NCBI GenBank assembly: GCA_026417175.1
Contig: JAOADT010000001.1
Span: forward strand, 38,918-102,917
Length of the DNA stretch: 64,000 bases
Source: Deltaproteobacteria bacterium
Lineage (GTDB): Bacteria > Desulfobacterota > Syntrophorhabdia > Syntrophorhabdales > JANXAF01
Direction: 5' to 3'
This document shows positions 1 through 11,144 of this stretch, in pieces. The first letter of the stretch is position 1. Each line of letters begins with the position of its first letter. The translations under genes and the position numbers were made by a program. The notes under the pieces are model-generated. The model was not told the origin of the DNA. It saw only the letters and a program-made list of their open reading frames with translations, and made no database searches.

Positions 1-2447
1 GCTTCACGGTAGTAATCCTCTTTGAATCCGTAAGTCCTCATATCCCTGAACAGGATGTAGATATCCACATTAGGGTTTATTTCTTTTAACTTCAGTGCAT
101 TTTTTACGGACTCGGAGCAACATACCCTCGAACAATAATTCCTCTCTTCTGTCCTTGATCCCACACACTGTATCATCACCACTGCACCTGCTGAAATTAC
201 CCTTTCATCTCTTTTTGCAATCAATTCTTCAAGCTCAAGGCCCGTTAACACTTTATCGCTTTGCCCGTATAGGTACTCATTAGGTTTAAATTCCTGAGCT
301 CCTGTGGCTATTACAGTGGCACCATGTCTAATCTCAAATACACCTCTTTCTGATTCTATTTTAGTTAGAAAGTTTCCCACGTATCCAGTGGCTGACAGGA
401 TTTTTGCACCCAGAAAGACATGGATACGGGGCTCACTATATACCCTTTTGACTAAATCCCTAAGATAGGATTGTACATCTTTGCCTTCTATTGTGTAGTA
501 GATCCTTCTGGCCAATCCTCCCAGCTCTCTCTCTTTTTCTATTAAATAAACGTCAAAACCTTGTGAGGCTATAGATAAAGCACAGGTCATTCCGGAAATC
601 CCACCACCTATAACTAAAACCCGTTTGTCTACAGGAAGTTCAAATTCTTGGAGTGGCTCCAAAAGAAGAGCCCTTGCTAAAGACATGCGAAGGAGTTCTT
701 TCGATTTATCAGTTGCCTCTTCTTTCTCTTTTGAATGTACCCATGAGCAATGTTCCCGAATGTTTGCAAATTCGAAAAAGTATTGGTTTAGACCACCCTC
801 TTTTAAAGAATCCCTAAATGTGGGCTCGTGGGTTCTCGGAGTACAAGCCGCCACAATAACCCTGTTTAACCCGTGTTCCTTTATGGCCTCCATTATCTGC
901 TTTGTCGATTCAGTGGAGCACGAGAAAAGCTGACCCTGAGCATGAACTACATTTGGTAACCTCCATGCGTATTCTATGACCGAAGGCACGTCCACGACGC
1001 GCCCAATATTGGCCCCTCAGTAACAGACAAATATACCGACCTTAGGTTCTTCACCTCTAACATCCCGTTCTTCTGGATATACTCTCTGTGTTGCCAACTT
1101 TCCCCTTCTGTAATTCAAAAGTTCACCGCATTTTGTGGCAGCTCCGCTCGATCCGAATACCGATTCGGGTATGTCTATTGGGCCAGAGAAGGCTCCGCTC
1201 ACAAAAATCCCTTTTTTGGAGGTTGTTACTGGAACAAAGCTATCTACTTTACAGAAGCGGTGTTCATTCAATTCTATACCAAACTTCTCTGCTACAAGGC
1301 TAGCTCCCTTGGGTGGACATAATCCCACTGACAAAACAACCATTTCAAATTCTTCATCTTTTACACCCCCATCGGGAGTCGAGTATCTTATCGTTATGTT
1401 ATTGGTAACCGGGTCCTCTTTAAGAATGTTCACATAACTTCTTATAAATCTTACATTTGGAAGAACTTCCGCTCTTTGGAAAAATCTCTCGAAATCCTTC
1501 CCGTAGGACCTTATGTCATTGTGAAAAACTACACATTCCGCCTCAGGATCATGATCTTTAGTTAGAATCACTTGCTTTTGGGTATATGTACAACAGACGG
1601 TAGAACAGTAGCTATTTCCACCTTCAATAACTTGTCTTGACCCTACGCACTGCACCCATGCTATCTTATGCGGATGCCTCAAATCCGAAGATCTTCTTAT
1701 CTCACCCTCGTATGGTCCAGTAGAACTCAATATTCTCTCGTAATCCATACTTGTGACCACGTTTTTAAATTTTCCGTACTTGTACTCATCTCTTAATCTG
1801 GGATCGTAAGGTTCAAAACCTAACGAAAGGATTATTGCTCCAACATTTATCTCTACCTTTTCTGGCTTTGCTGAGAAGTCTATCGCTTCATGCTTACATA
1901 CAGCCTCGCATATTTTACATTTCTTCTCTTTGAGATACAGACAGTTTTCGTCAATGTATGTTATTAGGGGTATGGCCTGAGAAAAGTAGATATGTACGGC
2001 TTTGTTCTTTGAGATCTCCTGATTAAAAGGATCTGGGATTTTCACAGGACAATATTCTACGCAAGTTGTGCAACCAGTACATTTATCTTCCCGGATGTAA
2101 CGGGGTTTCTTAACGAGCGTTACGCGAAAGTCTCCTGCTTCTCCTTCCACGTCGGACACTTCAGTGTAAGTTAAAACCTTTATATTAGGGTGCCGGCCGA
2201 CCTCGACCAGTTTAGGTGAAAGTATTCAGATGGAACATTCATTAGTTGGAAAAGTTTTGTCCAATTGAGCCATGTGACCACCGATAGAGGGGGCACTATC
2301 TACAAGAATTACTCTGAATCCGGAGTTTGCGAGATCAAGGGATGCCTGAATTCCACTTATTCCTCCCCCTACAACGAGAACATCTCCATAATTTTCTCTA
2401 TTTATCATTGTCCTGAACTTAGGAACTTCTAATATCTTCCTTTCCAT
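1..2447 (-). CDS. HdrA-like FAD/Fe-S oxidoreductase (BamE-like). Selenoprotein with two in-frame UGA codons. The 3' end runs off the window start.
   Basis: ORFs 2226..2447 and 1017..2159, plus the frame 3..1016, form one reading frame. I checked 3..1016 codon by codon and found no stop. The only interruptions are TGA at 2226..2228 and 1017..1019. The frame is colinear with the uninterrupted 1036-aa paralogue at 28536..31646 ([25 protein letters not shown](E/D)CS, KPRYI..CTGC). Both TGAs align with Cys in the paralogue: CSMC -> CSI-U and VCHCG -> VCY-U-G. Confidence 0.85.
986..1002 (-). promoter_or_regulatory. SECIS-like stem-loop downstream of UGA 1017..1019
   Basis: On the minus strand, GCGCGTC-GTG-GACGTGC forms a 7-bp stem (one G.U pair) with loop GUG. 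It starts 14 nt after the UGA. Confidence 0.45.
2193..2210 (-). promoter_or_regulatory. SECIS-like stem-loop downstream of UGA 2226..2228
   Basis: On the minus strand, CTGGTC-GAGGTC-GGCCGG forms a 6-bp stem (two G.U pairs) with loop GAGGUC. It starts 15 nt after the UGA. Confidence 0.4.
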
Positions 2448-2468
2448 GGGTACCTCCCCAATGTTTCA

Positions 2469-3278
2469 TTAGTTAGACATTACTTCACGAAATCCTATCT
2501 TTTCAGGATAGGAAAAGATACTAAAACTATTCTTACGAGCCCGACCGACAAGTGTTATCCCGATCTTTTTCGCATAGGATATGGCTCCTTCTGTCGGTGA
2601 ACGCCTCGTTACAAGAATAGCTACCTTTAGTCTTGCAGCTTTGAAAACCATCTCTGATGATATCCTTCCCGTCGTTAGAAGAATCTTATCCTTGGTTTCA
2701 ACGCCCTGAAGAAGACATTCTCCAGCGATCTTATCTATAGTGTTGTGCCTTCCTATATCGTCTGCTATGATAAGCAAATCTGTGGGATCCGCAAGTGCTG
2801 ATGTATGTATTCCCTTTGCATCTCTTTCCGATTCAACGTAATGGTTGAATTTGGCGATGAGATTTAGAAGTTCACTTTCTGAAATACTGAACATTGAATC
2901 AATTTTCTCCTTTTCTCTTCTAAAAACCGCTCCCCCCCCTAAACCTACGGGAATGGTTTTCGTTTCTTTAGGTATTGGGGTATCCTCTGGAATACTCACA
3001 TCAACTTCTTTACCATCCTTTGTCCATTTAATATCCTTTAAATCGTGGAGTTTCAAAATCAAACCTTCAAGATAAAGATAGCCACAAATCAAAGAATCCA
3101 ATTTCTCTGGAGTACAAAGCACATTTACAAGCTCCGTGCCGTTAACCTTTACCTTGATTTCTTTCTCTTTAGGAACGCTTGCGGTTCCTAAAGTAAATCC
3201 TTCTTCAGAATATGAGACACATGGCACATGAGCGACCATCTTTTCTTTGTTCGGAGCATTAAGCGCACTTTTTTTCAT
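2469..3278 (-). CDS. fdhD: FdhD/NarQ-family sulfurtransferase (formate dehydrogenase accessory protein FdhD-like)
   Basis: 269-aa ORF with the family-typical DDIGRHNTIDK ... TGRISSEMV region. Its ATG (3276..3278) overlaps the TGA (3275..3277) of the upstream HdrD-like gene (ATGA coupling). Confidence 0.8.
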   Translation of the reverse strand: MKKSALNAPNKEKMVAHVPCVSYSEEGFTLGTASVPKEKEIKVKVNGTELVNVLCTPEKLDSLICGYLYLEGLILKLHDLKDIKWTKDGKEVDVSIPEDTPIPKETKTIPVGLGGGAVFRREKEKIDSMFSISESELLNLIAKFNHYVESERDAKGIHTSALADPTDLLIIADDIGRHNTIDKIAGECLLQGVETKDKILLTTGRISSEMVFKAARLKVAILVTRRSPTEGAISYAKKIGITLVGRARKNSFSIFSYPEKIGFREVMSN

Positions 3279-4426
3279 ACAACTTCCTCAAGGACCTCGG
3301 TTAAATCTTTTATTCCGATCTTTTCGCCAAGACCGAGCACGAGGCGACTATCTTCAAACGCAGTTATACAGTATGGGCAGGATGTTACAAGTTCTTCCGC
3401 TCCCATATTCAGGGCCTGTTCAACCTTTTTGTTTGAAAATCTTTCCTCTTTTGGGGTCTCCATCCACACCCTTCCCCCACCCATACCGCAGCATAAGCTT
3501 TCCATCTTTGACTCTTCGAACTCTATCAATTCAAGACCAGGGATAGCTTTTAAAATTTCTCTTGGCTCATCAAATACCTTGTTATGCCTACCTAGATAAC
3601 AAGGATCATGATACGCGATCCTCTTTCGGTAATGACCATTTATCCTGAGCTTACCTTCTTTAAGAAGTTTGTAAAAAAACTGGGTCACATGGATAACCTC
3701 AAAGTTAACCATGAATTGAGGATATTCATTCTTGAACGTATGAAAACAATGAGGAGACGAGGTAATTATCCTTTTAACCCCATTCTCTATGAAAGTCTTT
3801 ATGTTCTCTTTTGCAAGACGTACATAAAGATCCTCATTTCCAGTCTTTCTTATACTTTCTCCGCAGCAGTTTTCCTTTTCTCCTAGCAAGCCGAAATCGA
3901 CTCTGGCTTTATCTAAAATTTTTACTACTGCCATCGCAACCCTTTTAAGTCTCGGATCGTAAGAAAGGTAACAGCAGGGAAAATAGAGGTATTCGGTTTT
4001 ATCATCAAAATCCTTAACAGGAAGACCTTCAGCCCATTCTTTCCTTTTTTGTCTCTCCTCGTTAAAAGGGTTTCCGCGAGACTGAAGACCTGCATTTATG
4101 GTCCTTATGGGCTTTACTGGTCCGGGGTACACATTATATCTTGTGGCAATTCTTCTTAAAGCCACCATATCATCTATTTGTTTAACATCCCTTGGACATA
4201 AGGTAGGACATCTTCCGCAAGTGGTACATCTCCATATTTCTTCCTTCTCTATCTCGCTCAATCCAAAAAGAGCTTCACGAACTATCCTTCTTACACTGAA
4301 TCTAGTTACATCATTCCAGGGGCATAAAGTATCGCATTTTCCACACTGAAAACAGTTTTGAACAGCCTCACCACCTGACTCTCTAATCTCATCTATTACT
4401 TCTTTAAAAGGTGCAACTACTTCCAT
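3275..4426 (-). CDS. HdrD-like Fe-S / CCG-domain protein (BamD-like)
   Basis: 383 aa. Two ferredoxin motifs (CFQCGKCDTLCP, CTTCGRCPTLCP) are followed by two Cys-rich CCG motifs (NCCGESIRK, LCCGMGGG). Paralogue of 31668..32819. Confidence 0.8.
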   Translation of the reverse strand: MEVVAPFKEVIDEIRESGGEAVQNCFQCGKCDTLCPWNDVTRFSVRRIVREALFGLSEIEKEEIWRCTTCGRCPTLCPRDVKQIDDMVALRRIATRYNVYPGPVKPIRTINAGLQSRGNPFNEERQKRKEWAEGLPVKDFDDKTEYLYFPCCYLSYDPRLKRVAMAVVKILDKARVDFGLLGEKENCCGESIRKTGNEDLYVRLAKENIKTFIENGVKRIITSSPHCFHTFKNEYPQFMVNFEVIHVTQFFYKLLKEGKLRINGHYRKRIAYHDPCYLGRHNKVFDEPREILKAIPGLELIEFEESKMESLCCGMGGGRVWMETPKEERFSNKKVEQALNMGAEELVTSCPYCITAFEDSRLVLGLGEKIGIKDLTEVLEEVV

Positions 4427-4429
4427 GAC

Positions 4430-4981
4430 TTATCCTTTCTTTGAAAGTCTATAGACCGCATCAAGGACTTTATCCCAACCGTATCTATCTATTAGCGACT
4501 GAACTCCTGTATCCATTTCCTCAGGTGTAGCCTCTTCTTCGACTTCTTCTTCTCTTTCCTCGTATGTAATGGCGTCCACGAGACACCACTTGGCACACAT
4601 GGGTTTATCCAAAGGAGGGTCGTCCTCGCACATATCACACTTGAGCGGAAGTCCAGAGTCAGGTTCTTTAAAGATGTCCCTAGAAGGACAGGAAGCACCA
4701 CAAAAACTGCAAACACTTATGCCATCTCCATAATTGCTCTGAGGTCTTTCATCAAGGAAGTAGACCGGTCTTCCCGCGCACTCAGCACTAGTGTAGAAAC
4801 TCGATTTTACGGGCACGAACACATTCTTTAGCTCATTTCTGAAAACGTGTATCCTCGCTCTGGCCGGGTTGACGTTACTATATTTGGGATTGGCATGAAA
4901 GGCAGCACATGCGACTTCGCATGCCCTGCAACCCATGCATTTGTTGAGATCTATTTTTAATACCTTTACCTTCCTCTTCAT
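4430..4981 (-). CDS. 4Fe-4S dicluster protein (BamC-like small subunit of the AOR-family enzyme)
   Basis: 183 aa with CMGCRACEVAC, CSFCGASCP and CDMCEDD..CAKWC cysteine clusters. Paralogue of 32832..33371. Lies immediately downstream of the AOR gene. Confidence 0.75.
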   Translation of the reverse strand: MKRKVKVLKIDLNKCMGCRACEVACAAFHANPKYSNVNPARARIHVFRNELKNVFVPVKSSFYTSAECAGRPVYFLDERPQSNYGDGISVCSFCGASCPSRDIFKEPDSGLPLKCDMCEDDPPLDKPMCAKWCLVDAITYEEREEEVEEEATPEEMDTGVQSLIDRYGWDKVLDAVYRLSKKG

Positions 4982-4993
4982 GGCACCGCTCCT

Positions 4994-6961
4994 CTATTCA
5001 TCCTTTAATATTCCTCTATTTACAAAATCATCGTAGACATAATCGAGGTCAAGGTTTTTCAAGGTTTCTTTGGTTGGGATCCCATCCTGATTCCACCCTC
5101 TGTATTTATAATACTCGTCCATTAACTTCTGTTCATAATCGGGAAATCTCTTTTTCCAATGATCTTCCGGCGGCTTCTCATCCTTTCTTCTCAAGCCTCT
5201 TCTTATATTATTTGCCCTAACCAAGTTTCTGACTCTAGTTGCAATCTTCCACAGTTCATTTTCATCTACATCCAACCCTGCACCGTAAGACACAAATAGA
5301 GGAAGATTGTGAATATGGTAAGGAGGCTTTATAGGAAATGAAGAAACACCAGCACACAAACCTAAAGAATCATCAATATAATGCATTGTTTCCTGCCATT
5401 CTACAAGTTCACAAACAAGATCAGGTGGGGGCCAGAAAGGAAAAACCTTACCCTCTTCTCCCCATTCCAGAACAAACTGTTTGAACCTTTCTTCTTTCCC
5501 AGTGGGAATCTGTATCCAGTCACTCACAAATTGCTCTCTTATTTCCCTTGGTAGGGGTGCTTGGGGAATCTGTCCCTCGATCTGGGTGATATTTATTTTC
5601 TCTCCTGTGGACCACATTATGTAATAAATGGGGTTTAACATTCCCAATTTTATTGGTACCTGCTCGTGTTTTTTTATTGTGTTGTGATCAAAAGCCTCTG
5701 CTCCCCTTCCTATTCTTCTTGCCGCCCAGTAAACTCCGTCTGCCAAAACATCTCCTATACCTTCCCTTCTAACTATACGCTCCAAAAGCCAGAAGAATCT
5801 CTCCTTCTTATCTCTTGGGAAGCCCTCCATGTCACTGTCTGTGAGTATTCCATTTTCGTACAATTCTATCGCAAAAGCCATTACCTGTGGTGCGGTGAAA
5901 CCATCTACCCCGTAATGTTGAGCGCGGGAAAGGATCTGAAAACCAAAGTCCAAATCGTCTACCTCTGCGGCCATTACGTATGTCAACTTTGTGAAACACT
6001 TGAGTATATAAGTGGGGTATCCTGGAACCTCTATTATACCGGCGCATCTCACAGGGCAGTTATAACAACTAATAAGTCTCTTCTTTACACTTTCCATAGT
6101 ATCGGCCCATCTTTTTTCCACTTCTTTGTTCCAGAAACCTTTTCTTCTTTGTCTGGCGTGACCCCATGCAAAGCTATCAAGATGCCATTCCTCGTCATGA
6201 AGGGCCATTTCTTGGGGTGAACCTATATAAGCAAGTATTGGAGGCACACCAGGAATTGGATTATTAAGCCGATATTGGATATAATCGAGAACCTTGTTGC
6301 ACTCATTAATAAACTCATAAGGTTTAGCGACGTTTATATCCTTCGTTCCCCTAACAGCTATAGCTTTTAACTTTTTGTCTCCCATCACTGCACCAAGTCC
6401 AAGCCTGCTCGCACTTCCTCTATGCGTCTCAATTGAAGCAAAAAAGACTCTGTTTTCTCCAGCTAGTCCTATAGATATAACTTGTGCTCTGGGTTCATTG
6501 AGCTCCTCTCTTATGGCCTCTGCTGTCTCATAAGTGCTTTTCCCTTGGAGATGTCTCGCATCCCTTATTTCAACCTTATCATTATTGACCCAAATGTACA
6601 CCCAGTCTGGGGCCTTACCCTTTACTATAATTTTGTCATAACCAGCAAATTTCAACTCTGGTGCCCAATAACCACCCATAATTGAGAAACCAAAAAGAGA
6701 ATTCTGCGGTGATAGTGATGTTATAATAGTCCGGTTAGCGGCAGGTGCTGGTGTACTAACTAAAAGGCCTCCACTAAAAATAAGTATGTTTTCGGAAGAG
6801 AATGGTTGAACTTCAGGAGAAACTCTATCCCACAGTATTTTTGCATTTGTACCAAGTCCTCCAAGATACATTTCAGTCATCTGAGGGTCGGTTTGAATTT
6901 TTTCTATGTTTCCCGTAGAAAGGTCTATTTCCAGAAAATACCCTGTTTCCGCATATCTCAT
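4994..6961 (-). CDS. Aldehyde:ferredoxin oxidoreductase (AOR)-family tungsto/molybdopterin enzyme (BamB-like)
   Basis: 655 aa. The N-terminus MRYAETGYFLEIDLSTGNIEK...GGLGTNAKILWD and the GENRV / GAVMGDK motifs are typical of the AOR family. Paralogue of 33389..35353. Confidence 0.85.
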   Translation of the reverse strand: MRYAETGYFLEIDLSTGNIEKIQTDPQMTEMYLGGLGTNAKILWDRVSPEVQPFSSENILIFSGGLLVSTPAPAANRTIITSLSPQNSLFGFSIMGGYWAPELKFAGYDKIIVKGKAPDWVYIWVNNDKVEIRDARHLQGKSTYETAEAIREELNEPRAQVISIGLAGENRVFFASIETHRGSASRLGLGAVMGDKKLKAIAVRGTKDINVAKPYEFINECNKVLDYIQYRLNNPIPGVPPILAYIGSPQEMALHDEEWHLDSFAWGHARQRRKGFWNKEVEKRWADTMESVKKRLISCYNCPVRCAGIIEVPGYPTYILKCFTKLTYVMAAEVDDLDFGFQILSRAQHYGVDGFTAPQVMAFAIELYENGILTDSDMEGFPRDKKERFFWLLERIVRREGIGDVLADGVYWAARRIGRGAEAFDHNTIKKHEQVPIKLGMLNPIYYIMWSTGEKINITQIEGQIPQAPLPREIREQFVSDWIQIPTGKEERFKQFVLEWGEEGKVFPFWPPPDLVCELVEWQETMHYIDDSLGLCAGVSSFPIKPPYHIHNLPLFVSYGAGLDVDENELWKIATRVRNLVRANNIRRGLRRKDEKPPEDHWKKRFPDYEQKLMDEYYKYRGWNQDGIPTKETLKNLDLDYVYDDFVNRGILKDE

Positions 6962-7097
6962 TGTGATTCTCCTTTTTTATTGAATCGTTTTTGAAAAATT
7001 TTTCACCTTAATTTGATTATCACACATTCTTCTACCAGTCAAGATAAAAAATGAAATAATTCACAAGCTCTCGACGAAAGGATTACATATTTTTGTC

Positions 7098-7125
7098 TTG
7101 ACACTTTAAAAAGTGCTGGTAGAAT
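7098..7125 (+). promoter_or_regulatory. Sigma-70-type promoter for the dodecin gene
   Basis: TTGACA (7098..7103), 16-nt spacer, TAGAAT (7120..7125), preceded by a TGg extended -10. RBS AAGGGAGG lies before the ATG at 7149. Confidence 0.5.
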
Positions 7126-7148
7126 TTTGGTAAAAAAGGGAGGTTTTT

Positions 7149-7364
7149 ATGAGTGACAGCGTATACAAAATAATCGAGGTCGTAGGTACCAGTACAACGT
7201 CATGGGAAGATGCTGCAAAAAACGCGGTAGAGATGGCAGCAAGAACTTTGGAGGATCTACGAATAGCTGAAGTAGTCAGACAGGATGTTACAATCGAAGA
7301 TGGAAAAGTGAAACTTTACCGCGTAAGACTTAACCTTTCATTCAAGTATCATCCAGAATTGTAA
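7149..7364 (+). CDS. Dodecin-family flavin-binding protein
   Basis: 71 aa. YKIIEVVGTSTTSWEDAAKNAVEMAARTLEDLRIAEVV is the dodecin (DUF1458) signature region. Confidence 0.7.
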   Translation: MSDSVYKIIEVVGTSTTSWEDAAKNAVEMAARTLEDLRIAEVVRQDVTIEDGKVKLYRVRLNLSFKYHPEL

Positions 7365-7392
7365 AAAAGGGGAGGTATCCCTCCCCTTTTTT
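7363..7392. terminator. Bidirectional intrinsic terminator between the convergent dodecin and groEL genes
   Basis: A-run, GGGGAGG (7369..7375), loop TATC, CCTCCCC (7380..7386), T-run. It reads as a hairpin followed by a U-tract on both strands. Confidence 0.75.
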
Positions 7393-7395
7393 ATA

Positions 7396-9027
<1,632 letters not shown>

Positions 9028-9042
9028 TTATCCCTCCTTTTT

Positions 9043-9333
9043 CTAATCTTCTACTATTGCAAGAATATCATCTTCTCTCAAAATGAGATGCTCTTCTCCT
9101 TCGATCTTTATCTCTGTTCCTGCGTACTTGCCAAAAAGTACTTTGTCACCCACCTTTACACTGAGAGGTATCTTTGTGCCGTTATCCAAATATTTTCCAT
9201 CACCTACAGCCACAACCTTGCCTTCTTGAGGCTTCTCTTTGGCGGAATCCGGGATTATGATTCCACCTTTTGTCTTTTCTTCTTCTTCAATTCTCACTAC
9301 AAGCACTCTGTCATGTAATGGCTTAACCTTCAT
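9043..9333 (-). CDS. groES: Co-chaperonin GroES (10 kDa)
   Basis: 96 aa. [12 protein letters not shown]...[22 protein letters not shown]. Confidence 0.97.
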   Translation of the reverse strand: MKVKPLHDRVLVVRIEEEEKTKGGIIIPDSAKEKPQEGKVVAVGDGKYLDNGTKIPLSVKVGDKVLFGKYAGTEIKIEGEEHLILREDDILAIVED

Positions 9334-9360
9334 CTTACCACTCTCCTTTCTTGATTTTTA

Positions 9361-9387
9361 TTAGCAATCAAGGTTAATAATTGCTAA
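9361..9387 (-). promoter_or_regulatory. CIRCE-like operator (HrcA binding site) upstream of groES
   Basis: TTAGCAATC-N9-AATTGCTAA, compared with the consensus TTAGCACTC-N9-GAGTGCTAA. It lies between the predicted promoter and the groES RBS. Confidence 0.7.
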
Positions 9388-9391
9388 CACA

Positions 9392-9420
9392 AATATAATG
9401 ACGGTCTAATTTTTTGTCAA
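9392..9420 (-). promoter_or_regulatory. Sigma-70-type promoter of groES-groEL
   Basis: On the minus strand: TTGACA (9420..9415), 17-nt spacer, TATATT (9397..9392). Confidence 0.6.
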
Positions 9421-9429
9421 GGGGCCGAC

Positions 9430-10209
9430 TTAAATATTAAATAGTAACTTTATACCTTGAGAATACCATCTACTGAAATTTTCATTTTCAAGTCTGTTCT
9501 TGTTTTTATCCCATATAATGGATTCAAAAGTTTCGTTTTTATTTATTGTGATGCCCAAGTCTCTTTGGGCCTGCTCGCAAAGCCTATCAACCATCCCGTT
9601 TAGGATTCGTTCCTTTTCATTTCCCACCTTCCAAAGGGCCCACCATCTTTCATAGGCAGAAGGTATTTCATCTATTTCTTTAAAGTAAAATCTTGTAAAA
9701 ACGCTTACCCATTCCCTTATCGTACGTTTTGATTCATGGAACACCTCTTCCACCTTGGGATACCTTTCTATTATATCCATCTCCACTCTTATCTTTTTTA
9801 TAAAGCCCTCAACTATGCTTAAAGGCCCGTGCTTTTTTTTGTATATCTTGTCTTTCAGCTTATTCCAAATTTCAACCAATGGGTAAGTTTCCACATCCTT
9901 TTTTGAATAATCAATCGTTTCCAAACTTTCAAGCTCTTTTTTACTTTTTTTTGGAACGCCATAAGCCAAAAGTCCAATAAGGTCAGATACTATATGCAAA
10001 AGAAGGGCCCTGTTTTTTGGCCTCATGTGCGGGAACATGTAACATATAAAATCATTTAATTCCAGAGCCTGAACAAAATGATTATTCTTTTTATTTAAAC
10101 TTAAATACTTAAGTGCATCGATGGCAAGACTTAAGGTGGCCATAGAAAAAATTTCGTCTTTCTTTTTCGTGTAAATAAGTACATCAAGTATATGCCGCCT
10201 AGGAAGCAA
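9430..10209 (-). CDS. Hypothetical protein (no family recognised), abutting the DnaJ-like gene
   Basis: 259-aa ORF. A TTG start at 10209 abuts the dnaJ-like stop and has a GAAGG SD-like element 7 nt upstream. An alternative ATG lies at 10143. I could recognise no motif. Confidence 0.5.
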   Translation of the reverse strand: MLPRRHILDVLIYTKKKDEIFSMATLSLAIDALKYLSLNKKNNHFVQALELNDFICYMFPHMRPKNRALLLHIVSDLIGLLAYGVPKKSKKELESLETIDYSKKDVETYPLVEIWNKLKDKIYKKKHGPLSIVEGFIKKIRVEMDIIERYPKVEEVFHESKRTIREWVSVFTRFYFKEIDEIPSAYERWWALWKVGNEKERILNGMVDRLCEQAQRDLGITINKNETFESIIWDKNKNRLENENFSRWYSQGIKLLFNI

Positions 10210-11142
10210 TTAAAGACCTTCTTTCCTTAATTCCTCGATTAGTCTTTTTTGTCTATCGGTGAGCTTTTTAGGTATATCTACGATCACCTCTACATACTGA
10301 TCACCGTTTATGTTTCTTTTGGGATCCGAAATTCCTAATCCTTTTAGCCTCATCTTTGAGTGACTCCTTATTCCCGGCGGAATCTTAACCTGTTTCGGTC
10401 CAAAGATACTTGGGACTTCAACGGTTGCTCCCAAAATGGCATCGGTTAGCTTTATATTTTTTGTTACGTAGATATCATACCCTTCTCTTTTGAATACCGG
10501 ATGTTCTCCAACTTTTATGGTGAGATACAGATCCCCCACCTCTCCTGTGTAAGGATCTCTGTTCCCTTTTCCCTGTAATCTGAGCTTTGTACCTGTGGAT
10601 ACACCAACGGGTATTTTAACGTTCACTTCCTCTGTCCTTCCGTTTCTGACAAAGGAAATTCTTTTTTCGGCGCCCTTAACAGCATCCATAAACGGGATCT
10701 CAAGTTCATAATGAACATCCAGACCACCTTCCGGTCTCTGCTCTCTAGTTATAAAGTCTCCGAAGTTAAAATCGTAAAATTTCCTTTTTCCATGCTGTCT
10801 TCCGCTTTCCCTACCAAATATGATACTAAATATGTCAGTTCCCCCAAATCCAAGATCTCTGAACAGATCCCCAATGTTGAATCCTCTAAATATATCCTCC
10901 TCCGTGTAATGTTTATGGAAGTCACTCATCCCATACATGTCGTAATGTTTTCTTTTTTCCTTGTCGCTTAAGACCGCGTAAGCCTCGTTTATTTCTTTGA
11001 ATTTTTCTTCCGCTTCCTTATTACCAGGGTTACGGTCTGGATGGTATTTTAGTGCCAATCTTCTGTATGCTTTCTTTATCTCTTCCTCTGTCGCGTCCTT
11101 ATTAACTCCAAGAATCTCATAATAATCCTTTTTTGTAGCCAT
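10210..11142 (-). CDS. DnaJ-class co-chaperone without a zinc finger (class II, CbpA-like)
   Basis: 310 aa. J domain (DYYEILGV...[14 protein letters not shown]), then a G/F-like region and C-terminal substrate-binding domains. No CxxCxGxG repeats. Confidence 0.85.
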   Translation of the reverse strand: MATKKDYYEILGVNKDATEEEIKKAYRRLALKYHPDRNPGNKEAEEKFKEINEAYAVLSDKEKRKHYDMYGMSDFHKHYTEEDIFRGFNIGDLFRDLGFGGTDIFSIIFGRESGRQHGKRKFYDFNFGDFITREQRPEGGLDVHYELEIPFMDAVKGAEKRISFVRNGRTEEVNVKIPVGVSTGTKLRLQGKGNRDPYTGEVGDLYLTIKVGEHPVFKREGYDIYVTKNIKLTDAILGATVEVPSIFGPKQVKIPPGIRSHSKMRLKGLGISDPKRNINGDQYVEVIVDIPKKLTDRQKRLIEELRKEGL

Positions 11143-11144
11143 TT

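Noticed and set aside
1017-2447. Interpretation of the TGA-split HdrA-like, MvhD-like, Grx-like and Prx ORFs as pseudogenes or sequencing errors
   Set aside because: Every interruption is a single TGA (never TAA or TAG). Each is in frame, sits exactly at a conserved redox Cys, has conservation continuing on both sides, and is followed by a hairpin. This is the signature of selenocysteine recoding.
5666-6220. Long ORFs antisense to, or out of frame within, well-supported genes. Examples: 5666..6220, 33196..33732, 41662..42237, 46236..46712, 40100..40438, 61920..62426, 27857..28282, 19952..20338 and 11518..11919. Same-strand alternative frames include 4492..4716, 32990..33211 and 28571..28780.
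   Set aside because: Each lies fully inside a gene with unmistakable family motifs. Their translations are low-complexity (S/L/F/P-rich), as expected from the reverse complement of K/E-rich genes. None has a convincing RBS.
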